The notes beneath the pieces are model-generated. The model saw only the letters and a program-made list of their open reading frames with translations. It had not been told where the DNA came from and made no database searches. A program made the position numbers and the translations under genes. Shown here piece after piece: positions 53,301 to 64,000 of a DNA stretch of 64,000 bases. Origin of the DNA: Paraglomus brasilianum (Eukaryota); NCBI GenBank assembly GCA_910592345.1, contig CAJVPI010000013.1, positions 1 through 64,000 on the forward strand, in the 5' to 3' direction. Positions within the stretch are counted from its first letter, which is position 1. The number at the start of each line of letters is the position of its first letter.

Positions 53301-55135
53301 CTCTGGATGATGTCCAAGAGGGTAATATGCTGATATTATTTTTTAGTCACTCTAATATAGCATAAACTACAGTTTTAGTCAAACTTTTGGTCGTATTCTG
53401 TAGAAACTATTGCAAAAAAAATGATGCTTATATGTTAATCAGACTTGCATGTTGCGATAAGACATGACTGACAACGCGGATTATTATAGTGCACACGGAA
53501 AAAATCTTAAAACGCAACCAGATTTAAAGTGAGTAAAGGAGAGTTGATCTTGGGCAGGTGCTAATAAAAGATTAAATAGAGAGCAAGAGATTAGAAGAAC
53601 AGGCTTATGTGACGCGTCGAAAGCATATTGACAAAAAAATTTGCAATAGATTTATACCATTCTATAATGATAAAATGATGACATATAGTTTATCAGTCGA
53701 CAGATCAAACCCTTTTTTTCCCCCACAGAACTAACACATTAGTTTCACGCGTATCTACATACCCTATAAAAATAGAATTTCGCCTTGAAGTTCTCAATCA
53801 CAGTAATATTAATATGCCGTGGCTATGTAACAGCGTATCGGAAAACTCGCAGCTTTTTGAGATAAGATTTGCGGGCTAGAATATTTATTCATTGATGCAA
53901 GAATTATAAAGCATTACCAATTATACTTGTTTCAGCGTCATTCATTCATAAATAAGAGTGTCTTGTTTCAATACTAATCATTTTCAAGAATATAATTTCG
54001 GTGGAGGAAAATATCCCCCAAACGCTACTGTCACAACACGAGAGCTGATCGTCAATTGAAGAGATATCTGGCAAGATATTTCAATCCCACTCGGCTAAAA
54101 GTATAAAACACAAAATACGAAAGTAGAAAAGCTGAGGCCCCTGCCCTTACCCCTGAGATTTTCTGTGGCTTCGAATTGGTTGGATGTCAGCGGGTCTTAT
54201 TAGTAACACCTGTGGGTAATAATAATCATCGTAGATAAGAGTCTTTGAATGCAGTTAACCAATCTATCAATCTGTGACCCCATCGTACAACACAAGGGAT
54301 CGCATAATACTCTATGATGATTATCGCCCACCGGCTGCGAAAGGCCGAGAATTGAATGAATGGATGAATGATACATGCCGAGTACGATCGTGGCAATGCA
54401 ATGCAAAGTGATAGGCCATTTTTGAAAGTCTTACTGCTGTTGATAATACGCCATTATGAAGCCGTATAATCATGACTAAGCATATTATGTGCATTCATTG
54501 CTCTGGGTTACTTGACGAGTGTTGATCCCGTGAACACTTACCCAAACCGATAAGGCATGTGTAATCTTCGATGAAGAAAGATGAACACGATTGGAAAGGG
54601 CATATAATTAGAATGCATAGATAGAATGCTATTCGAGAAATGATTAGATTGATATTACAAAGGTGATTGTAGTTTAGCTTTTGAATCAGAGTACAAAGAA
54701 TAAGAGGGTAACGTTAATTGTGTTAATTGTGTCTGTACTATCGTGACCGGATTATGTAGCCGTAACGAATGCATAAGGAATGGTGAATCACAGTGAGAGA
54801 AGGAAAAAAAACCGAGTATGTCTAAACAAGTAATTGCGCGGGAGATCGATTCAGGACCTAGCTGTGTGTTAAAAGGGACGGATGATAATCATTGGCTGGG
54901 AGTGAACATCTCATGAGTTCATATTATTCTTTTCACCTTATTCATTTGTCATGTGATAATAGCGTGCTTTGTAGAATGGATGTTGGTGCCGTGGGGATAC
55001 AAACACACAAATATACATTTAGAGTTTGATATTTTATAGGTGATAAATATTGCGCAATGCCCAACCCCGATATCCAATCGAAAATGGCATAACAATGATA
55101 TATACTTTGTGATGATTCTTGGTGTTAATATCATT

Positions 55136-55190
55136 AATACAGAATACAGAATACAGAATGCAGAATACAGAATACAGAATACAGAATACA
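55136..55190. repeat. (AGAATAC)n 7-bp tandem repeat
   Basis: About 7-8 near-perfect copies. Confidence 0.9.
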
Positions 55191-55194
55191 TCCC

Positions 55195-55345
55195 TCACTT
55201 CCGTCACTAACTTCCGTCACTAACTTCCGTCACTCACTCCCGTCACTCACTTCCGTCACTCACTCCTGCCACTCACAATCGTCACTCACTGCCCCACCCT
55301 CACTCACAATCAACCAACTGCCCCACCCTAACCCTAACCCTCATC
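55195..55345. repeat. 13-bp minisatellite (ACTTCCGTCACT[A/C]) decaying into CCCTAA-like hexamers
   Basis: About five good and several degenerate copies, then CCCTAACCCTAACCCT at 55326-55341. Confidence 0.85.
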
Positions 55346-58300
55346 TCACCCTCACCACCCCACCCCCTAATATTTGGGTTTAGTTTGTTTATCGTTCTAT
55401 TTCTTTTTTCCTCACCGAAATTCTTAATTTAAACTTGGTGTTTATTAGATTGTATATTCTATAATCCTTTTTTGTCGGTCGAAAAAAAGGAGAAACCCGA
55501 GGTGAGAATTAGATAAGAGAATGTGCAGCAATGGATGTTTTTTAATCAATGCTCCGAAACAAATTCCGAAAGTATAAACAAGTGTATGAATTATGATTGC
55601 TGCCTTCACATTACATTGCTTTGTAACTCTTACTTTATCAGGATTATCATTGAACCTTATTCCAGGGGACACATTTACGCCTCCCCCACATCTATATGCT
55701 CGAATTATGATGGGATTCTTCGAGTACAGCATAACAAAAAGGAATAGCACAAAACTTATCAACATTCATAGCTGAATGAAAGTACATTATGGTTAATAAG
55801 TTCATACATGAACACATATGAATACAGGCGTTGGTATTTGAAAAAGAGCCTAACAAGGAACATAAAGTTAATTAGGGTGGTAGTAATATTAAGGTTAACC
55901 AAAAACAATAACATTTGATACCAATGAAAATAGTAAATAATAATACTAATACCAAATCCGCCAATAATACTGTTTGCATACTTACACTCTTATTCGATCG
56001 AACAGTATGGAAAAAGGTTTTTCTCTTGTTTATGAAGGAGCCTGTTTTGTGCTGCTGTTGCTGTTGGTGGCGGCGGGGATGATGTCGCCGTTATCGTCGT
56101 TGTCTTGTCATTATTATTCCTATATTATCATTATTATTACTAGCATTATTAGTATCCAATCTCCTTATCCTGTTATACTGTACTCCGAAACGGGAATGTA
56201 CTTGACGGGGACGAATAAAAAGGGGAATTAACCATAAACAAATCACAGGACAAAAATATGCCTGTATTAAGTAATAACAAAGTGTAGCTTTGCTTTGTGA
56301 CAAGTTCTAAAAGTACTTGTTTGTTGAGTGTTCTTTTAGCATTGCGTAATATTAGATACGCTTGATATAATTAATTGGACAAATAACTTCATTTACACAC
56401 AGTTATATGATAGAGGAGGTGGTGAACATGTTTGGTGCTAGAATGGACAAATCAATCCATGACGGATTACTATTACTGATACCCCGTGTTTATTCTCACG
56501 ATAATAGAACTGCTGACAGAACCTTTGTTAATGATTTGGGGGGAAGAGAGGAGAGAGACAAAAGCATGCGTTGAATACACGTGATGAAGGGGGGTGGGAG
56601 TGAGAAAAAAAAACCCACATCAAATAAGAATAATGTAATGTCGAAAAAGTATTGTTGACGTTTTAGTTATTGTTGACTGTCTAAATGTATGTAATGTTTG
56701 ATTACGTTATTTCCAACCTCATGTGTCGACAACGGTTTATATGTGTGGAGACCAATCAGAAACACGTTTGGTATAAGATTGGGGGGAAAAAAAAAGAGAA
56801 AAAAACATAGCATCTATTATTACGCGTAACAATGCGAGACCGGAATGCTAATGATATGATAAAGCATAACATTTATTTGTGGTTAAATCGGGATTTCGAA
56901 TTATTTGTTGCCTATTTCTAGTATTCTCGTAATGGATCTATCGATAGTCGGAAGCATGCGTTCGGCATACACAGCCTATCAGAGCATACATTTCATGCTT
57001 GACGATTTATTATCATAATTCCACTATCAATTATTAATATTAATCCTTGTATGCTAGTTATAACAACTTGTGTGCGCACATGCCAATTATCCCAATTCCT
57101 GTAGTATTATTATTATGATGATTATTACTACTCCTACTTCTACTACCGTTACTCCTACTTCTACTATCGTTACCCCTACTACTATTACCACGTTGCTAAC
57201 TTGCTACTACAAAGACTTGGCGTCTTGTCAAATGACTGTTGTCCATCAATTTGAAATTTTCAGCCAATGATGTCTATAGACTTTGTAATTGGACCCTTCA
57301 CCTCTATTGAATCCACGTGGAAATAAATGTCGGATGACATTTTAAGTTTAGAAAGAAACAATATCGGAAACAATAATATATGGACAAATTGTTTATTCAC
57401 AATTTATTTGTTCAGATAAAGAAGAAAGCAATTGGTGTCGAACAATAGTAATAATTGCTTGTTCGTTTGGAGGAGGAAAAAAAAAAAAAAAGAGTATATT
57501 TAGCAGCTAACCAAGTAATTCTAATGTCATACGAGTCACAGAAATAGTAAAAGAAACACATGAATAATATTAATATAACGCAAACACTTGCTTATTTTTA
57601 ATATCGTTCTATTAATCCTTCTTCCATGACGTAACTTCTCCACACTACAAACTCCGAAGATCTTTCTATTCTTTTCCGGTCAAACTTTGCTTTGTGCGAC
57701 GACGCATCTACCCCACACAGCAGAATTTTCTCACTCCTTCATTCCGAGTGGAGGTTTTTGCAATGAGAGTAGTAATAAATAGAATGGGAAGGCGTACAAT
57801 GGCGAATGAGTGATGTGGGGAGAGTAGGTAGGATAGCAGTGATAATATTTGTGTATTGCTGTATTGTTTACTGTTGAATGATGCTTTATCATTTTACATT
57901 CCCCATTCAATCGCTTCTGCGGTAAAAGTGTCCATTTTTCTCTCTCTCTGTTTCTCTCCTTCCCTTTTTGTCGGTTGTAATTGGGGTAGTTATTATTATT
58001 ATTATTATGTAATCAATATAGCGGAACGAGGAAAATAATAATAAGAAGAAGAAACTCCATTCGCAAAAGTCACTTTTGTGTATCTGGCCAGACAATTGAA
58101 CTAGCTAGTTTTAAGACTAACTCGTTTTCCATTTAGCACGAAAAGATCGAACGCCCAGTGACAGGTTTGAATTTATCAAATGACAATCGGGCCATGCCAC
58201 ACTTGATAAGGTACTGTAAAGTAGTATAAATAAATAAAGATGTTCGAGTAAGTGTGCATAATGGAGATTTTTATTGATAATGAATTGAGACAATATATGT

Positions 58301-60014
58301 GTGATAGAATACTACTGTACTGGTAGTCTATTTATTATCGGTAATATATTTATAATACATTGCCATTTAAGTTACCTGTAATCTCGGAACTGTTTTTGTA
58401 TTGAGTAAAAGATTCGGGCAAAAGCAGACCGATATGGCGCATCAAATAAAGTGGATTATTATTACTATTATACACAATATAAAATATGGGTCCCTATTCT
58501 ATTCCCTATTGCTATGCATGAAACAGGTGAAAATTGCCAAATAAGTTAACTCGTAAACGGCTAAAGGACAATAACATGACAGTTCTCTTTAGATGTTTCT
58601 TCCATAGAATCAAGATAGGACGTCAGAATGAGCGATAACGATGTTGTACTAACTCAACTAAGCGACACAACCGCAACAACGATTGTGACTATGGCTGTTA
58701 GTAGCATAACGAGTGTGTGTGTGTGTAATAACATAAGGCAAACACTTTTTTTTTTTTTTCGTTTGCAGAATGTCGTTCCTTGTACTCTAGTTCTGTTAAT
58801 TTTTTTAATCCGTTTTGTTATTTATTTTTCACACACTAAGTAAATCAAGCCGGGTTACCCGCAAAAATCATAGAGCAAAAAGGATGCGGGTATATGGGCA
58901 TATACAGACCAAGAAAGAAGCGTTTCAAATTAAATATATATGCTGTGTATATGCGTGTCACTTTCTATTGAAAATACTAACTATTTCAGCGATGGAACAC
59001 AGGACTCTAAATATGGTCGATGGAACCACCGAAATGTTGATTTGACACTTGACAGTAAACAAAACGAGAAATAGAGGGGGGTAAGCCTTTGTAAGATGAA
59101 TGATAACGTATAAACACTATCTACATCGTAAATAGTAACTATAATAATGTAACATGAATAATGTGCACAGTATAAAAAAGATTAATTCTAATTACAATCT
59201 CTCCCCTATTTTATTGATATATATGTATGCTTATGTATATATATGTATATATAAATACATACGGCATACATACAGTCGAGCGTTACACCACCGATATTTA
59301 AATATGCCAAGCGATTGTAACAAGTTTTATTCAGGCAGGCGGAATTTAGAGAATGATGGATGCATTTAGGCTGAATGAAATGCTTGATGTGTGATCATTC
59401 ATTCACAAGTCGTTCGACAATTATAGCCATTATAATTGCAGCAGGTCAAACTCCCCACCAAACACCCTTTTTTCTTCTCACTCTGTTCATCATTGATTCG
59501 TATATCGTTATATTAGTTGTACATCTTTTCATATCGCTAAAACGGGGGCTATATTGACGGCACATCATATATTGACGGCACATCATACAAATATCATACA
59601 CACATATCATACACATATCATACACACATACACTAATTAATTGCCCAAACTCAGATAACAACAGCCGATGTAGCGTATTTCTCCATTTCGTTCGTTTACC
59701 ATGTGCAGTAATTCCATTGGGGGCTTACATCATAATCTTTACGATGCAAATCATTTTGTGTCTAATAGCTTATTCGTATCTTAGTGTTGACAAGTGACAT
59801 AATGGTATTACTATTAATAATGTCATATGCCAAGCCTTACATTAATAACACGTATAAATATTCATCCATATGGGTCGATCAATGCTAAGCGATAGTAGGC
59901 TATGTACTGTACGTATTGCATCATACGATAGCGAAATATCGGCAGACGCACGAACAAAAAGTATGTCACTCACTCGCTGTAATCATGATCGTGTTCAAAA
60001 TAAAATACTGCTCC

Positions 60015-60150
60015 GTTATCATGTTCACCTATCATATCACCTATAATGTTCATCAATCATATCACCTATAATGTTCATCAATCTATATGATATTCATCAA
60101 TCAAATCACCATCATGTTCAAAACCATCATATCACCATCATGTTCAAAAC
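60015..60150. repeat. Degenerate ~22-25-bp tandem repeat (ATCATATCACC.AT.ATGTTCA)
   Basis: About five diverged copies visible. Confidence 0.65.
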
Positions 60151-61536
60151 CACCGTCACTCTTTGGCTTTCTTACGTAATACAATCAGTCATAAATAAAC
60201 CAACTCAAACCTTGAAAATTACACAGCATATCCCGGAAGTGAGTCATAGTGAACACACTTTGCATAGCATCTGCCTGCCTGCTGGCCCTGCTGCCATCGA
60301 GACAATCGTTCAATTAGCCCAACAAGAAACTAGAAACTATAGTAATGACAATAGCAGACCGCCTGCATCAGTTATTCATAATTACACATATACATAAACA
60401 AGTATGCCATCCACCAATTGAGCAATCCTGATACACAAAGCCAGTTATTTGTTCAGTCGAGTCACCCCATCCCCCATTCTTCCCCCCTTTTCAAGTTTTA
60501 TTCCCGTTTATCCCTGTCCATTTTGTTATCCACACATACCCCTTTCTTTTTATCGCCTAAAGCCCTCAAACAAAACACGCGGGGCATTTTCGTCCTTGTC
60601 CGAAACAATTACGAGAACTGACACAGCAGCAAGGGCCACATAGGAGCAGGCATCGCAGTAGTTTAATTGACACAATAAAAATTACACAATAAGCTGTGAT
60701 GATTTACTTGTCACTTTGACGCATTTCGTGAGGGCGGAGGAGGCGAAAGGATGAGAATGTGGGCAAAAAGAAAACAAACCAGAAAGAGGTAGATGTAGAC
60801 AAGAAGGAAAAATCCCCACGCAGGAAACTAAGCGAATCATGTTTTATTTCTTTGGCAATTTAGACGCGACTCTTTTTAAAATACAGACTATACTGTCTCT
60901 CACTCTTTGACCACCCTGTGCCACATAGATTGTGGACACGTGAACTGATTCTTGCATTATCACAGCCCAGTGTGATAACAGATAATGCATCGAATATATA
61001 TATAATAATGTATGTGTGTGGTGAATACGAATTATTTATACATTTACCCGTTCAACCTATCACCAATATGCATTCTCCTGGAAACACTTGCTGACTCCCA
61101 GCATAGCTCATAATAAAGAATGCAACACCAACTTTTACTCCTACATGAAATAATCCAATGTTTCCAAAACGTATTGCCTATATCGCGGGGGGCCGGACTT
61201 TCATCCGTTGCAAAAAAAGAAAAAGTAAAGAGATTTGATTGTATGCTCTTCTCCGAGATAAAGTAGCATTAAGATTTGTAGATAATGAACTTTAAAATAA
61301 TGAGTAATCTTTTGTGTAAACCCTATTCTATAACCATGCATATATACAGAAACTTCGGAATGTACACACACATCACACATACGCATAGACAAACCTATTT
61401 TTTTTTTCTTAATTAAACCAAGTATAACAATCGCCCCAATCGTACTATATTTATCCATGCACATCTACTTTTTTTATTTTGTCAGATGTGGATGAATGCG
61501 CCTGTCTTATTGTCATTCAAAGTGTTTTTGGCTGGG

Positions 61537-61657
61537 TTGTTGTTGTTGTTGTGTTGTTGTTGTTGTTGTTATTGTTGTTTCCGCTGCTGCTGCTGCTGCT
61601 GCTTGCTGCTGCTTTTGTTGTTGTTGTTGTTGTTGTTGTGTTGTGTTGTTGTTGTGT
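61537..61657. repeat. Compound (GTT)n/(GCT)n microsatellite
   Basis: Direct reading; explains the overlapping poly-L/C/V ORFs. Confidence 0.9.
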
Positions 61658-63507
61658 TTGCGCTTTTCTCATTGTCACGAGAATGCGGGGCAACAAATGC
61701 TGAACAAGGAGAAGAAGGATAATGTGTGGGTAAGGGATACATAGCACTATTTAGAATGAAAGGAAGGGGGGTAAAAGAATTTACAAAGCAATCCGTTGAT
61801 AAATATAGAATTTAATATACTTAACATTTGATACGGGTTAATAGATTATAAATAAAGTAATTTATGTATAACAATAACCTTAGTTCGTGTGTACGATTAT
61901 TGTAATGGTTATCGTATTACAAATTTGGGTTTGTTCCGGGAAATTTAGGATTCGAAAAATACAACTTTCCATTTCCGTTTCTAAAAATATACAAAGTGAT
62001 CGTTATTGTATTTCACAGCGTTATATCGGCAATGGAACAAAGGGAAAAAATAAAATTTTTTTTTTCATGGCTGGGCCATTCTATTGCAATCCTTTTTCTC
62101 TCTTTTAGTTAGGACACATCACGATCACTAGACGTGCATACAGACATAGCAGATACATGTCTGACTTTTTTGTCAGTCTTATAATGTAGATTGCATGATA
62201 CCCAACCGTCACACTGAATGCACAGTAACACTAAACAGTTACAGTTCAATAATATAAATATCTGATGAATATTGTAATGATCAAGTCTCGTGGCATCACC
62301 TCGTGCAGCACAGTCTGTGGAGTCAGGTGCTTAGATGCTAGACTGCGCCGAGATGCCTGCATTAGAGAAAATTGGGGGAATGAAAAGACTGAGCAGATTG
62401 ATAACAGTGATCATTATTAGCATTAGATTGGCGTGTTTATCGAGTAAGGATGGGATGTGGATGGGATGTGGATGGGGTGTGGATGGGGTGCGGGTCGGGC
62501 AAAGGACACTGGTCGTTTAGAATGCTGTATCTGTCAGCGTGATCGCATTTGCATATGGAACATATCTTGCTTGTATAATTAATTATTATAACTCATGTTC
62601 TCACACGAATTGCTCAATGAGTGGGGTGGGGGGGCTCATGAACCATTCAAAGAATGGATGAGTAAGAATGAGATCATGCTCATAATCAAAACAATCTGTG
62701 GTAATTTTAAATGTACAATCAATTATATCAATCATTTCATATTATCACGTATGCAATTATAATAATTATAATTTTTTTTCTTTTTTTTTTTTTACCCTTT
62801 TCAACTCAATAGTTACATGAGCCAATCATTCATCGCAAGTAAATGATTTTATGCATTTTATTTACTTACACTAATCAACAAGTAAACCTCATATTACTCG
62901 TTTTACTTACTCATCCATTGACACGTCATCTGGTAAACATCTTGGCGTCAAAATTCGACAACATCCGAAGTAATCGCAGTAAAGGAAATGCAAAGCCGTG
63001 ATTTGTGCGAGAGAGACAGTTGCAGAGTACAGATCTAGAATGGTGTCTATTGTAAGAGATGGATTCGGGCTAATAGCAAAAAACAAACATGACAATAATA
63101 GTATGAAAAGCGTTATTATTGTCTATGGTTAAACGACAATCATAGTATGATGTCAACATTCTTTTTATATAATCGTCATCATCATCATACATATTTGCCC
63201 CTTGCTCATGTTTCCTTGTTCATATAAAGTTTATACTACACCCCCTGTTCTATCGTCGGCTTTACGGTTTTGCAATGGCCTTTTCCTTACTTCCATAATA
63301 GTACTGACTTATCATTCTCCCCAAAACTGACAACAATAGCCGACGGTTCTCTTGTATAAACATTGTAAGCATGTGGCATTGAATTCGGTGAGAATTGGGC
63401 GGATAAGTGTAATATGTAATTAATTGTACAAAGACTTATTGGATAAAGATGGGCAATTGCATTAAAGAGGCGATATGATAATAATAAGGAGGCTGGTTAT
63501 TAAATGT

Positions 63508-63800
63508 CAGAGCAGTATCAGCGGCAGTATCAGCAGCAGTATCAGCGGCAGGCAGCATCAGGCAGCGGCATCAGCAGCAGCAACAATAGTTACAACAGTG
63601 ACAGCAACACAACAACACCAACAACAGCAAGTAATATAATCATCATCAGCAGCATCAGCAGCAGCAGCAGCAGCAGCAGCCAGCGGCAGCCAGCAGCAGC
63701 AAGCCGTGACAGTAATAGTAATTAGTAACAGTAGTAACAGTAACAAGTAACAGTGGGCAACAACACAACACAACACAACACAACACAACACAACATCAAC
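63508..63800. repeat. Compound (CAG)n/(AGTAAC)n/(CAACA)n low-complexity repeat
   Basis: Direct reading. Confidence 0.85.
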
Positions 63801-64000
63801 AATAAAATAACCATTGCTTTTGATCACTATTATCGTCATCTGTTTACTACTGCTATGACTTATTCTGCTAGATTGTCTCATGCACAAATAGTAAATATGG
63901 AATGCGCAGCGGAAGTTGTGGAACGGCTAAAGTTTCTACTTTACCGACATTTCTATATTAACAAGCATGTGGCTTGGATTGGATCCGGAAAGGTGGGGTG

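Noticed and set aside
54310..54400. ATGATGA box plus small hairpin as snoRNA or hammerhead ribozyme
   Set aside because: No suitably placed D box, terminal stem or complete hammerhead core found.
55195..55295. Tandem array as a possible CRISPR
   Set aside because: No unique spacers, eukaryotic context and no cas genes.
61479..61747. Four overlapping ORFs with poly-Cys/Leu/Val/Thr
   Set aside because: Products of the (GTT)/(GCT) microsatellite, which lacks stop codons.
62449..62500. G-rich repeat with G-quadruplex potential
   Set aside because: Simple (GGATGGGATGT)-type repeat among many microsatellites, with no functional context.
63504..63887. Gln/Ser-rich ORF and antisense ORF
   Set aside because: Entirely low-complexity repeat with no domain or splice structure.
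1..64000. tRNA/rRNA genes, selenoprotein in-frame TGA, alternative genetic code
   Set aside because: None recognised by eye; all intact genes translate with the standard code. tRNAscan-SE/Infernal would be needed to exclude small RNAs.

Overview
Intron-rich, AT-rich eukaryotic DNA from a fungus, most likely an early-diverging Mucoromycota lineage (Endogonales- or Glomeromycotina-like). This is inferred from the multi-module TKL-type kinase, SEL1 relics, ANP32 and short spliceosomal introns. By manual splicing I reconstruct nine apparently intact genes: ATG1, ANP32-like, an unknown coiled-coil/C-terminal TM protein, a UBL-BAG co-chaperone, a class V myosin-chitin synthase, a secreted purple/tartrate-resistant acid phosphatase, BDP1, a large acidic/basic hendecad coiled-coil protein and CHS7. 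The window also holds a frameshifted kinase, a diverged fragment of that kinase family, two SEL1 pseudogenes, the 3' end of a Tc1 transposase, a 550-bp TA-flanked MITE, and a 13.6-kb microsatellite-rich stretch with no recognisable gene. I found no unambiguous new biological system. The best leads are two GC-AG introns (one just before the myosin P-loop), the linkage of the class V chitin synthase and CHS7, an uncharacterised His-hendecad coiled-coil protein, a possible endobacterial DNA relic, uORFs on the BAG gene, and possible cryptic exons in the gene desert. Exon boundaries were read by eye and no database searches were run.
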